Below are positions 43,147-56,475 of a stretch of DNA of 64,000 nucleotides, piece after piece. Made by a program: the position numbers and the translations under genes. The stretch is taken from contig OZ024740.1 of assembly GCA_964016885.1 (NCBI GenBank), positions 369,396,001 to 369,460,000 of the forward strand. Reading direction: 5' to 3'. Below the pieces are notes generated by a model. It saw nothing but the letters and a program-made list of their open reading frames with translations, was not told the origin of the DNA and ran no database searches. Every line of letters begins with the position of its first letter. Position 1 is the first letter of the stretch. The stretch comes from Eledone cirrhosa. Its lineage: Eukaryota.

Positions 43147-43170
43147 CAGCAGCAGCAGCAGCAGCAGCAG
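42815..43170. repeat. (TG)n and (TAG)n(CAG)n microsatellites
   Basis: Read directly. Confidence 0.95.
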
Positions 43171-43956
43171 TCGTATGTGTGCACGGATATATATGTAAAT
43201 ACAAGCGCATGTCTCTGCGTATGTGTCAGCGCGAATATACATGAAATGTGATCGTGCAACGGAAATTACTATATATCCCAGTTAATAAAATGTTACACAG
43301 TCAGCAATTGTTTTATTACTGCAATATTCTCTGTTAACACATACTACATACCACTGTAATATGTGTTAACATAAAATATCGTTTATGTTTGAGATATGTT
43401 TGTTCTTTTAGTTCATTAATGGTCGTTAATATGTGTTGTCTTCTTTCAATAACACTGTTCAGAAATTTGTAAAATATCTCTCCGTATAAGAATTGGGATG
43501 TGCATTGTTTTCTACCTTTAATGAGTTGTATATAGCGTATATAATTATCATTTAATGAGTCGTGTAATCTGTATATTCCTGGCTAGTAACATCTCTATTT
43601 TTACTGCTCATGAATCACATTATGCACCTCCATTAATTATTGATATGTTGAAAGGTTTTAATATACATGTGTAGTAATAAACTTTAATATACATTTCCAG
43701 TAATAAAATATCTATTTCTCAGATACGAATGTTTGTTATTAATATCTATTAACCTCCTTTTACATTTCCTGTTCATTATTTTGTTAAGTAAGTTATGGTA
43801 TGTTTAATGTCCAATGGTATCCGGTTGTTTTACACTTTATTATGAAAATAGTTCTCATCTGAATTCACACTATGAACATTTATTTCTAAACTAACTTTTA
43901 AAATATTCTTATATTGCATGTAAAATAATAATGTTAATGTATTATTAAGAGGTGTA

Positions 43957-44062
<106 letters not shown>

Positions 44063-45409
44063 CAGATCATCGTCCATCCAATCTCAAGTGAAACACGTTT
44101 GCCAAGATGAAATGTTAGTTCGAAATAAATGGGGAATGCAGGAGTCGGGAAAAAAACTAGAAATTATGGCAAACGATCCCGTCATGCACAAAGGGAGCAT
44201 TCAGCAAATATCATTCGATTTTTTTTTATTCGCATTTACTTGATATAATAATAATATAAAGCTTTCCAATAAGTAACATTACGCAACCTTCCGACCCATA
44301 CGCAACAGAATTGCTTCGTAGAATATCAAAATATGATCTAAAATTTCTCTTTGATTGGTGAACTCGAAGGTTACATCAAAGAATACTGTTTGCAGTTGGA
44401 CACACCAGCGATAGTCACTAACTTTGAAAGTACACAAGAATATTTTCTATCACAAGGCTGCTCTCAACATAACAAAATTCACACCATACAAGATTTTATT
44501 TCGATAAACATCAGTAAATTCAGGTAAAATATCTTCTAGCATCGTCATTAACGCCTGGCCCATGTATTATAGAATATGCTAAATATACTCTAGCGAGTGC
44601 TCAAAGTATAGGCACCGCTTCTAAAACAATATCTTTTCGTTCGAAAATACATGTCCATTAGAGTAAATTTGTAACTCAGGATTCAAGTCTCAAAATGGGA
44701 AACATTGATTACAAAATGGGAAACATTGATTACAAAATTAACAATTGAAGGAAGGACAATAACTGAGTGTTAAGGAATGATGAAATCTCTTTAGTTGATG
44801 GAAACGTTTGAGTGCATTTTCATGGATTTGCTAAAGACACTGGCACATTTGACGAAGAACAATATTAACTTTAGTGCAGATAGTGTAGTTTCTTCTAATT
44901 TAACAGGTCTCACGCAGTATTAATCACTATATCTAATTGAATGTATGAAATATACTTGCTGTGGTAATGGGATTGCATAAATTATATTTATATTCAAAAC
45001 ACAAAAACCAAGAAATCATTTTTACAATATGTTAAACGCATCTGTTAATAATTTCTTATTGTGCTTTATATATGTGTGAAAGTAGGCGGCAAATTAGCAG
45101 ACATACAATCCTGCCGCTGTCAGCTTTGCATTTCGAGAACTGTGGTCGATCCTCCTCTATATCTATTTTGCAAACACTCTATTACCCTCTTACTTTATTT
45201 GGATAAAATCGGCTGAGTTCTGAGCCGTAGAGGATACAATACATCCTCCACGAATTGTATACAATGCCCCCAAAACACTTTATTTCCCTACGACACCCCT
45301 ACAACTCAACAAGTAGTTTGGTGAACGTACATACATATTTACATAATACATCCATACATACATTAATCTATTATTCTATGATGTGTTCCAAATGACAGGG
45401 TAAGGCCAT

Positions 45410-46700
45410 GCTACCGCACTTTCTACAGCCAACTTTCCTTGATTGATCATTGATGCCAAAGGGAGCTTGTTGCGACTGCTTTTCTTTGAGCTTCGCCATA
45501 TGATGTGGGTTCAACCGGGATCTTGGTCAATAGAATGTTAAGATGTCTCTTAAAGACATCTATATTCATACCATGAAGATCTAGACTTTTTGGTAGCTCA
45601 TTCAAAACCTTGGCCCTTTGAACCCCAGGCTTTTACAGTATTTGGTCATTGTTCTTGGGGGGACGGCTTTGGCACAACACAATGGCTTCCTGTTCGTGAG
45701 CTGGTCCTGCCTTCAGTGCCGAAGACGGATGCAAACCATTCCAGGATCTTACATTCGTATATCATTGCGAATCTCTCCCGTCATCACTCCAGGGAATAAA
45801 GCTTTAATTCTTTCATCCTCTCTCAGTAGCTCACCTGTTTCATTGAAGCAATCCACGTAAAGTAGATTCGTTGGAATGCTTCGAGTTCTGCAGATAGTTT
45901 GATATTGTTGTGCACAAGAGCTTAGCACAATAATCTAGTCGTCTGAGGACGTGATTTGCGCAGATGACCAACATGGTTTCTGGATCTTGTGTCTACAGAG
46001 GCCATGCCCACCATTCGCCTACACATTGCCTGAAAGGATGTATCATTGGTCATGTCAATACCCAGGTCCCGTATTGATATTGATTCATATTTCGATTCCT
46101 CCTTGGCCAGTGTACATTTTCTGTGGTGGTTCCATGTTTGTGGGTTGAGAGCAACGGGTTTGAAACTTACTTGTATTAAATTACATATTGTTGAGTCCAG
46201 CATATTTGCATATGGCTTCAACATCTTGTTGCAACTGAGTAGCATTAGGTGGTGTCTTGATTGGCTGTGCTAATTTCGTGTCATAAGCATAGCTTGTGAG
46301 GGAGCATGTCTGTGTTACACAGAGCATGTTGAGAGAGCCACCACAAAGAGTTGTGGTCCCAAGACATTTCCACGTGACGCACCACTTGCTTTGAGAGAGA
46401 CCCGTTAGTTGCAACAGTCTCGATTCTGTCTTTTACGAAGTCATGAAGTCAATCACCCAGTTGTCAACCTATGACGCAGTCACTTAGTTTGCTATATATC
46501 ATTCTCTGATCAACCTTCACAAAGTCGAGATATGTAACATCTACGTTCGAACGGTTTAGAAGTTGTTTGTGTATCTAGTCAAATGCTGCTGGAGCTGTGT
46601 AAGGCAAGGTCTATGTGGGCGAAAGCCATGCGGACTGTTAGTTAAAGAACCAATTCCTCTAGAAAAGTAATTAATGCCTTTCTGAAGAGTTGTTCCATAA
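45410..46700 (-). pseudogene. CR1-clade LINE RT remnant
   Basis: Ordered decayed motifs: HGFRPHRPCLTQL, DVTYLDF, SYAYDTKL (YADDTK-like), IRDLGIDM...SF. Many frameshifts. Confidence 0.78.
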
Positions 46701-46769
46701 ATTTGCTGATATGTAATGTCAGTGAGGGAGGGCTGTAGATTTAGCATCTATACACATACCTACCTACCT

Positions 46770-46897
46770 GCATACATACATACGTAAATACATACATTCA
46801 TACATACATAGATACATACATACATACATACATACATACATACATACATACATACATACATACATACATACATACATACATACATACATACATACAT
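46770..46897. repeat. (CATA)n microsatellite
   Basis: Read directly. Confidence 0.98.
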
Positions 46898-47436
46898 CAT
46901 GATCGATGCCCCCTCGATATCGAGTATAGACATTGCACGATATAACATCATCAATAATCAATAATTAATGTTACCATCCTATGACTGTGTGTGAAGATTT
47001 ATTTTAAAGTGAGGAAAGACTGTGCACTGAGTCAATCCCACACTCTGAGCGACAGTAGCTATAACCGGAAATGAAGAAAAGGTCAATATTATCGGTGACT
47101 ACTGAGCCGCAAGTGTTATGTCGGAGTTATCCCAGATTCCTGAGTTGCCTTCTCATAGAAGAATGCCCTGACAAAGGCTGGGTGTCCTTCCCTCCCAGTG
47201 GTTTAACCACGCGGTACATGTGTATATATATATGTACACACTTGGATGGCTGTTGACTCTTATGAGTTCTTCCGCCCTTTGTCAGCTTTTGTCTTTTGTC
47301 CTGCAGGGTGTCCAAAATCACCCTCCTCACCAAGTAAACTTGGTGAGGTTGTCGGTTTAGTCGCCGACGACCCGACTATACGACAGGTTGTAGTGGGTTA
47401 CATGTTACCAATAGCACCCAAGAGGGACCTGACGCA
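46898..47436 (-). mobile_element. Probable non-autonomous RTE-derived element (5' UTR joined to 3' end)
   Basis: GC-richer ORF-less block between (CATA)n runs. The minus-strand 5' part has consecutive hairpins and a tctatgagaaggcaactc motif reminiscent of RTE 5' UTRs (from recall). The 3' end runs into (TATG)n. Confidence 0.45.
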
Positions 47437-47951
47437 ATACATACATACATATGATAAAGCTATATATTCTGGAAATAGGAAACTAATGGTTTCAAATATT
47501 CATGTGTGTTCGATGAAACATTTACTTTGTGTTATGATCAAACAACTGTTAAACATATTACTTGCAATGATATACGTAAAGTGTTCTCAGTTAAAATTTA
47601 GTGACTGATACAAGATTTCTGTAAAGCAATCATATTGTTGGGTGTTATAAAAATATGGTAAGATACGATATAAATGTATAATATTCATGGTAAATATTAG
47701 GAAGTGAAATATTTGCGTCAAAGCTTGGTTTTCATATGTCAAAAATATACGAAATAGTCAATGAATATAAAGGAACCTGTTAACGTATATTCACAACTTT
47801 CTTTATGTATATGAATTTGTATGCAAAAGGTCGTATACATCTAGGTAAACTTCACGATGTAATGTGTTTCTCTCTTTCAATTATATAGATATGTAGCTTG
47901 AGGCATGGGTTACACTCCTAAGAAATAAGTTGGTCATCATGCTATACATAT

Positions 47952-47982
<31 letters not shown>

Positions 47983-47997
47983 CATATAAATAAATAA

Positions 47998-48048
<51 letters not shown>

Positions 48049-48054
48049 TATCAG

Positions 48055-48104
<50 letters not shown>

Positions 48105-50447
48105 TGTATAATTCTATGTTAAGTATGTTAATGTAAATGAAGGTTATTTTCTACTCGTCTGTTTGTTTTTTATATGCTTATATGTAACTTTACATATGCG
48201 TGCCTGCACTATTTGTTACACTCTATAGAAATACTATATCAATCAATTTGTACTTCAAATGAATATACACTTTCAACATAAATATTTAACGTAACGTTAT
48301 ATGAACATTCGTTATGTTGTGTTACCTATTTTAAAGAACTAACAATATTACCAAAAATAAATTGATTTTCCGAATATTTTTCCAGTGATTTGGCTAAGAA
48401 TTAACATTTGTTACATATTTTTCAAACATTTGTCGCTATGTAATAATAAGCTATCACATATGAATATATGTGTCCATATTCGTTTTTAAGTATATTTCGC
48501 TCATGTACTATAAATATTGCGAAATACATTTCAAGATCCAGTGAACGTATTCTATGTTTATATCATTTGTTACTATTATGATTTTCGTAAAACTCACCAT
48601 GACACATGGCAGTAGATCAATTGTATATATTTAGTCATCAATGTATCTTACTCATGGAATACTACTGATTTCTGCATGACGCGTGCACAGTAAATTTGTT
48701 CATGCCTTCCATTCAAGCGTTTAAGACAATATATGTAGCTATCCTAAGACGTTACATAATATCGAGTATTGAATAATATTACATAGATATTCATCTCATA
48801 TGAAAAGCGTGTGATCCTTTCCTCAGTATTTCTTTCGGAATGCAAATGTATTTAACTTAGTGTTATTTAAAGGATGCCACTACAATCAATATTATAGCAG
48901 TTATACTTTCAATTTAAACGAACTTCGTTGCTTATGATGATTAAAATTTATATTAAATTATATTTTAGGGAACTCATCTATAGATTGAATGATATTACAT
49001 GTATAAAGGTAGATAACAATTTATGTAACATGAATGTATTCTCGAGTGTTTAATCATGTTGTTTTAGAATATATTAGGATCGTGTACTACGTGACATTTG
49101 CTACGAAGTAACACTTTTATTATACTTAGTCATATATTTGGAAAGGGAAGTTTCATAGAAATCTAAATTATATGATTTGCAATACTAATTGATTCACGCT
49201 TAAATATGATTGCATAGGTCATTTAAATGTTACCTTTTGTAACATACGCTACAGCGTTGTTACTATATGTGTGCCGATTATTATCTAATTAACTAATACA
49301 AACAGTTGAAGATGTTTAGTAGGTAGTCCCACATCAAGTATAATTTGATAGGAATTGTAATTGAAATTATATTGTAATTGAAGTTTTATACGATTTTGTT
49401 AGATGGCGTAGAATTGTTTCCACAAAGATCTTTTTAGTATGTTTTTCCCCATTGTTTTCTGACCAACTGAATATTTCGATTAAATTGTATAATATACATT
49501 TCAAAGATATCAATTACAATAATCAGGAATTTAACATGAATATAATTATCTCATCTGAAAATACAATTTTGACAGTAAAAAGCCTCCGTCTTTTAAGACA
49601 TACATCCTGAATTGATTGCGTTTCAACAATATTATAGTAATTTTAGTTGATTTCTACGTTCAACAGAAGAAAAAGGGTCTAAGTGCTTATTTAATTTGAC
49701 GTTATCATTGTGAATATTGTAATGATGACATTAATGAATACTACGGAAATGTTGACATGATGTATATCTGTGGGCTGCATGCGTGAGTTAACAGCTGAAA
49801 GACATCTACATATCATGTATTTGATCCAATCACTGAATATTCCGTGATTGCTCTGCCTTGAAAACACAGTAATCAAATTACCCATAAAATATACTACCGT
49901 TTTATGTTAGAAATGAGACATTGAGTAATATAGTTGTAAGTACGATAATCAGAGAGAACCAGGTTGATCACGCAAACATAAAATCATTGTAAGTATTTTC
50001 TTAAGAGTACTATAATTGTAAATAATTCATAGAGACAACACTTTAATTAAAAATGCTTTAGAGATACCATTGTGAAGGAAACCTCAATCTGTAGATTATT
50101 GGTTTCTTCCAATAGTTACAAATACAAAGCATCTCTAACGTGATAGAGATAGTAAGAGGTAACGTTTATGCTTTTCCAGATTGCAGAATATCTATAGGGT
50201 TTATAAACTGAAAGAAACCAGAAACAAATCATGTATGGTATCATCATGAGGAGATAGTACCTCTTCTTAAAAACGCTCACCTACATAATCATATTAAAAT
50301 ATTAAAATTGGAAACCAGCTGTACAGTGAAGAAATTCAATTACGATGTACATGGATTACACGTGTTCAATTATATCGAGGAAGATATGTCATTTTACAAT
50401 AATTTCGTTTCCAATAATGAAATTCAGGCGAATATATATATATATAA

Positions 50448-50580
50448 GGCGTGTGGCTGAGTGGGTAGAGAATTGGATTCACAATCTTGAGATTGTGAGT
50501 TCGATTCCTGGACCGGGCGATGCGTTATGTCCTTGAGCAAGACACTTTATTTCATGTTGCTCCTTCTACCTGGAGTTGCG
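50448..50580 (+). mobile_element. tRNA-derived SINE (family B, CORE/V-like domain)
   Basis: A box TGGCTGAGTGG and B box GAGTTCGATTCC, followed by tgtccttgagcaagacactt. Confidence 0.78.
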
Positions 50581-50663
50581 ACCGATAGATAGTATTAGCA
50601 ACTGGAAAGACCGACGGAAAACATTGTTTCCTCGGTCCGATTTGACGAAAGTCGATCGACTAA

Positions 50664-50717
<54 letters not shown>

Positions 50718-50851
50718 TCGTTGACAAATATATCAATGTGCCCAGACACGCAGATATATTGCCCTTGGTATGACAGTGTGGTTTTAGCTCAATGCAGGAT
50801 AACTAGTATACTACAGAGCCGTTATAATTATAGGAATAACATTGTTTTATT

Positions 50852-50898
50852 AGCTATCAGTGTTTCATCCAAACCCTATGGCAGGAATCATCAGAGCT
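50852..50898 (-). ncRNA. Mutated hammerhead copy in the inverted arm
   Basis: agct CTGATGA ttcc...ggat GAAAC act GAT agct. U16.1 is lost, so it is probably inactive. Confidence 0.6.
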
Positions 50899-51240
50899 TT
50901 TAAACAAGAGTATATCAATAGATGCATGCTCCATCAAGCTGTGTCACCAGAACAAGGTTAAAGAACCAGCATGGGGGTCCCGAGACCAGCGCTATATAGA
51001 AAAAGACAGAATACATGATGCACATAATGTCATAAAATGTCATAAAAAATTACATCAAAGATTACACCAAATATTTATCACTTAAATGGTGCAATATATG
51101 ATAAAGAGGTTGGGAGAGGCAAGGAATGAGTAAAGGTATTACTCAGCATGATCAACAGCAATAGAAAGTACATAAATACAAAAATAACAAAGATAAGCAG
51201 CTTGACGGAGCATGCAACTATTGATATACTCTTGTTTATA

Positions 51241-51287
51241 AGCTCTGATGAATCCTGCCATAGGGTATGGATGAAACACTGTTAGCT
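51241..51287 (+). ncRNA. Minimal type I hammerhead ribozyme, canonical core
   Basis: agct CTGATGA atcc tgccatagggtat ggat GAAAC act GTT agct AATAAA. Confidence 0.83.
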
Positions 51288-52636
51288 AATAAAACAATGT
51301 ATTTCTAAGCAAACCTTGGTTATTCCTATAATTATATATATAACGAAGGAAGTGTGCTAAGGAACCAGATGGACCATAACGCACCAGAGTACTCAATACT
51401 TAGGGTAGTAGAGTGGGTAATATGAAAATGTTTAACCGGACGGCCGTCGGGGTTAAACATTTTCCTATAGTTATAGTTTGTGTGGTACGTGCTGCCAATA
51501 AAACAAACACGCACTAGTTACTATGCCAACAAAATAGAAACTTTTAATAAACTGAAGTGAACAATAGCAGGGGTGTGTGCTTTTATTGGCAGGATGACCA
51601 TCCTAAAGTATAACAATATATATTTCAACACATGTTTTTAGATAAGAAATCTTGCCAAGCAAATACAAAAACGAAGTATGTATATCTATATCTATATATA
51701 AGTGTGTGGGGGGGGGGTCCGTGTGTGTGTTTTAATAAATGGAGCCTTCGTAGAGTTTCACTAAATGGGAGAGCGAGAGCAATGCGGAGAATGTTTATAT
51801 ATGTCGTTGACATCAAGAGGCATAGGCAAAAAAGTTGATCAGACCGGTGCCTTGAACAATAGTTCAGAACATTGACTTTTACAATCATCGAATTGTATCG
51901 ACAAATTCCTGACCAATTCCTCAATCGGAAGTGCAGTGCACGATTGATTGACCTATTGGAAGCCTATAAACACCGACACTATTATGCTGAAACCCGTTCA
52001 TGAGTTTCACATATGATCTGAAAGTAGATATTTTTATGAGCCATAAAATTCGCAAAATCTTTAGAATGATTGCCTTTGTATGGTCACTTAGACTAAATGG
52101 TACCGCGTTCAGCTTAATAGCTGCAGGATATGATATTAAAAACTTGAAGAGCTGCTTTAATAGAAAATATGAAGTTTTCGTTTCTCCAGAGCACGCACAC
52201 ACATGTATGTATATATATATATATATATATATATGAGTAATGGACTAACCATTCTTTAAACTGAATCCAACCTGATTTATATATATAATTATATAATACT
52301 AAAACTCTGTGAGTGCATGCTTGCTTGTTTGTCTGTAATGTAATACAGCCAAAAGAGTGCATAATGTGACAATACTTTGAAAGGAAATTGACCCTTGAAA
52401 TGGGGATGTTTATGGACTAAAACAAATTTCGCGTAAATCGGACCGCTGGTTCCCCATATAAGGGTTTTTTCCGGGTATCTCTATAAACAAAGACAGAGAG
52501 AGGGAACGATAGAGATAGATAGAGAGAGAGAGCGATAGTAATTGCGAGAGAGTAGACTGGAATGGAAGAGACACATAGAGCCAGGGAGAGGAGACAGAGA
52601 AGGAGAATGGAAGTGAGAGAGAGCTGTTGTTGTTGT

Positions 52637-52739
<103 letters not shown>

Positions 52740-52787
52740 CTATGAACAGTGAATATAGATCAGAGACACCCACATATATGTATATAT

Positions 52788-55164
52788 ATTGTTTCGCTAC
52801 TCCATATAATATTTCTGGATCAAATGATTATAGATCATTATTGATCTGGTTCAGTTGAAAATAATTAACATAGGTTAAAAATAGACCAGCTCATCGGAAC
52901 TTCAAAAGGAATATGAATTAATATAAGGAAAGAATGTTACATAAATGTAATGTTCCATATATTGGTATTTCACTATGGTGTCCTTGGTATATCTATTGTC
53001 TGCCATAGTCGAGCAGTATTCTTCTGTCGAGGCTGCAATGTGAGATCTTCTTATTTGTAACACGATGGCCGCCAATGGCTAGACATACAATCATTGAATT
53101 CAACGGAGCACTCTGGACTAGAAAAGACAGAACAGACAAATTTGTCATCACGATGGGCTCAAGTGACTCTGCGCAAATCACCGATTTAGTTGGAATTTAC
53201 CTATCACATAACATCAGAGCCGAAATCCAACCCTTGCAAGGCGGAATATATAGGGACGACGCCCTATTTGCAGTCCACAATTACTCTAATCGAAGCATTG
53301 ACTTGCTCAAAAAACAATTACATAGATTCTTTAAAATAACGGTCTCTCTATCCCCATCGAGCCGAACCATAAAGTAGTAAACTTCCTAGACGTTACCCTG
53401 GATCTTAACAAAAACCTATATTACCCTTATCATAAACCTGGTGAAATACTTACATATATTACCCCACATTCTAACCACCCACTGGCAGTAATCAAATCTA
53501 TCTCGTATAGGATCTCCATGCTATCAGCAAATGAGGAGATATATATAAACCATGCGGCATATTATAATAAGGCTCTTTCTGAATCTGGTTATGAACAGTC
53601 CATTTACTACATACCTAAATGACATAACACAGCACTTCACCACAACCATAATAAACTTAACACTAGAACTAGAAATACCTTAGCATATAGCCAGATTCGC
53701 CAGAATTTTAGAAGTAACAGCACTTATACCTTAATGGTGGCAGTGGCCTGCTTCCCACTCCAAGTAGCAAACTGAAAATTAACCCTAGAATAGGAATGAG
53801 CAATGAGATGACAAATAACAAATGCTCAGCTAATAATAACCCTATGAAGGCCCCTACCAACTCCACTAGAACCCCTAGAAGGAATAGGCCTAGAAATATC
53901 ATCTGGCTTAACCCCCCATTCTCATCTAATCTAGCCACTAATATCCCTAAACGCTTCTTCTCTCTCCTATCTCAACATTCCCCCCATCCAACCATAGGTA
54001 TTACAAACTCTTTAATAAAAATAACATTAATATCTCATTCTCCACAACACCTAACCTAGCTACCCACATCGCATTCAATAACCTTCATAACCTAAGACAG
54101 TATAACTCTCACACCGCGGTACCACCACCCCCATCAAATACACCACGCCACTACACCAATACTCACTCTAGTAGAACACCTCCTCCATCTAATCCTTCTA
54201 GCACTGACCAACCGCTTAGCTTAAACAACCCTACTCTCACTAACCGCAGAAGTAACTGCAACTGCCGTTACCCTAATGCATGCCCACTAAATGGTCATTG
54301 CCTGACACCCAATATAATTTATATGTGCACGTTTAAAACTGCTTAGCATACCAGCTCCTATATCGGGTCTACCTCTAACCCTTGTAAGGTACGCTATAAC
54401 ACGCACTCGTTTTTCTTCCGAGACCCTAACAACAGGTGTCCGACATTTCTGACTAGGCTCATCAAAAACCTTAAATTAACCAACATTGAACACTCACTAA
54501 CATGGGATATCTTGGCTAGGGCCCAAGCGTTCAATGGACGAAGAAAGTATTGTGACCTCTCTCTTACCGAAGCATATTACATAACTCTATCACGACTTCT
54601 ACCGATTAACGATAGAACGGTGGTAACTATTAGCTGTCAACATCGAAGGGGTAATTCCTTCGACCACAGAATAGTTGACCCAAGATAGTGATCTAGCCCC
54701 ATTTTTACTTGTAGTTAATAAGTTAAATAGTTATAGCTAAGTTAGATAATTATAAGTTACCTCCCTTATATTGTCTCAAAATTAAAAAATTAAAAAATTA
54801 GCACTTAATTATAAACTACCCACAATTTCTAATCTCTCGAGGAGTTACTTCCCCTGAAACCACCGTCTAATTAGTAAGGTAAATATGTCCATTGGGGCCA
54901 TCTTGTTACCCATAGGCAGATCTCACACAATGCAGCCTCGACAGAAGAATACTGTTCCACTATGGCAGACAATAGATATACCCAGGACACCATAGTGAAA
55001 TAGCAATATATATATTTCCTTATTTTAATTTATATTCATTTTGAAGTTCCGATGAGCTGCTCTATTTTTACCTATGTTAATTATTTTCAACTGAAGCAGA
55101 TCAATAATTATCTATAATCATTTGAACCAGAAATATTATATGGAGAAGCGAAACAATTGTAAAC
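52788..55164 (+). mobile_element. Penelope-like element (CxCx5C linker, Hydra-clade-like) with ~280-bp inverted pLTRs
   Basis: Inverted arms at 52788-53078 and 54889-55158. Protein remnants at 53075-54690: TMGSSDSAQITDLVGIY, GIYRDD, NFLDVTLDL, SNHP, IIWLNPPFS, CNCRYPNACPLNGHCL, IIYMC...YIGST. Frameshifted. Confidence 0.9.
55046..55164 (+). ncRNA. Hammerhead motif with U4C core and ~95-nt stem II domain
   Basis: gtt CCGATGA gctgctct...ggagaagc GAAAC aatt GTA aac, with palindromic ACAATTGT. The same CCGATGA is in the inverted copy (52788-52900). Confidence 0.62.
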
Positions 55165-55477
55165 GGCATTATCATTATTAATATTATTATTATTCTCTAC
55201 ATTCCTTACATCAAACTAAAATCTGTTGACAATCCTTTAATAATGTCTTCCTTGTGAAATTTGTGGTCTTGTTTTGCTTAACTAATGAATATTTCCAGCT
55301 CTGTGCACCTAACCTCTGCATGAACCCACCCACCTAGCTGCCTTCCAATGAATATTGCATATTGAGCACATGCCTTTACGCTTTGGCTTCTAACTAATTC
55401 ACCAATCTCCCCTCTCCTATCTCCTCTCCTATCTCCATATCTCTCTTTAAGATTGGTTATCTTGAAACGTGTATATA

Positions 55478-56224
55478 TATATATATAATACATTATAAAG
55501 CAAGAAGAAACATTAGATATAATTAATAAAATATACCATAACCAAATTTCTCCATTACTCCTCGACTGCGTAGTTTCATGGCATATTATGCAAAAACGCT
55601 GCATCACAGAGATATAGTACTTTTGTGAGCTTTGCCGACTTATCAAGAGGATACCTCATTAAGAATTTTAAAACACATTCATAGGACGCGAGATAGAACA
55701 CCGACAGGCGGAGAGGGAATCAATCACGTGATACAGCGGTCAAGAAACAGAGCTGAGCCTCTTACAACCATGAACAAAATAGCGCAGAGGCGGAGGGTGT
55801 ACTTATATCAAAGCCGTAGAAGAGATCGCTAGGTATGGCGAGAAGTATGAGTAATGATAGCTTTCCAGCAGTCACTACACTTCAATGATTACTCTACCAT
55901 AGGGAGTTATAAACAATATAAATAAATACACAGATACATCCTGACATACATATACATGAATATATCCACATATAGCCCTGAATCTGTTGTTCCAACTTCA
56001 ACCGTTCTTGTTCTATGAATAACTGGGACAAAATAATCCGAATGGATTAGATTGAATCAGTATCAGAGCTATATAATACATTATAAAGAAAGAAGAAACA
56101 TTAGTTATAATTAATAAGATATACCATACGCAAATTCCTTCATTACTCCTCAACTACGTAGTTTCGTGGCATATTATGCAAAACATTCGGATTATTTTGT
56201 CCCAGTTATCATAGAGCAACAACG
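55478..56224 (-). mobile_element. Compound pLTR-like structure: duplicated ~110-bp segment plus ~40-bp inverted repeat
   Basis: 55483-55597 is repeated at 56071-56184. Inverted repeat 56003-56044 / 56184-56224. HHR at 55559-55651. Confidence 0.65.
55559..55651 (-). ncRNA. Hammerhead, U3-A8 core (TTGATAA), branched long stem II
   Basis: Minus strand reads tcctc TTGATAA gtcggca [~50 nt] tgccat GAAAC tacgca GTC gagga. The duplicate 3' half at 56147-56184 has tgccac GAAAC tacgta GTT gagga, giving a perfect 12-bp palindrome AACTACGTAGTT. Confidence 0.72.
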
Positions 56225-56241
56225 AGAATAATAATAATAAT

Positions 56242-56283
56242 GGTTTCTACATTTGGCACAAGGCCAGCAATTACCCAGTACAT

Positions 56284-56284
<1 letters not shown>
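56242..56284 (-). mobile_element. SINE family A 3' tail fragment in (TAA)n
   Basis: gtttctacatttggcacaaggccagcaattacccagtacatta. Confidence 0.8.
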
Positions 56285-56320
<36 letters not shown>

Positions 56321-56324
56321 AATA

Positions 56325-56475
56325 GGCGGGTGTGGTATGCCGGACAAGCGAGCCAGTGGGAAATGAAGGTGAAGAGGTCCTGAGAACGGAGGAACCACCC
56401 GAAGCAGACAATGATCTGAATACTGAGATAAATAATACCTGGAACAGAGACACGGCCACTGAGGAGATGAATGAT
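56325..56475 (+). mobile_element. Internal fragment of the Dong/R4-like LINE
   Basis: Matches 57567-57716 and starts right after (TAA)n. Confidence 0.88.

Larger units (their letters stand above)
50823..51336. mobile_element. ORF-less mini PLE derivative: inverted arms each carrying an HHR
   Basis: Arms 50823-50941 and 51198-51336 are reverse complements with a ~255-bp spacer. HHR motifs at 50852-50898 (-) and 51241-51287 (+). Confidence 0.78.

Noticed and set aside
47460-50440. Host exons in the unique-looking AT-rich stretch
   Set aside because: No coding signature or convincing splice-bounded frame is visible by eye, though short exons cannot be excluded.
52285-52480. Helitron/Helentron-like non-autonomous fragment (tatataatactaaaa...aaatttcgcgtaaatcggacc)
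   Set aside because: Only loosely reminiscent. No 3' hairpin plus CTRR end was found.
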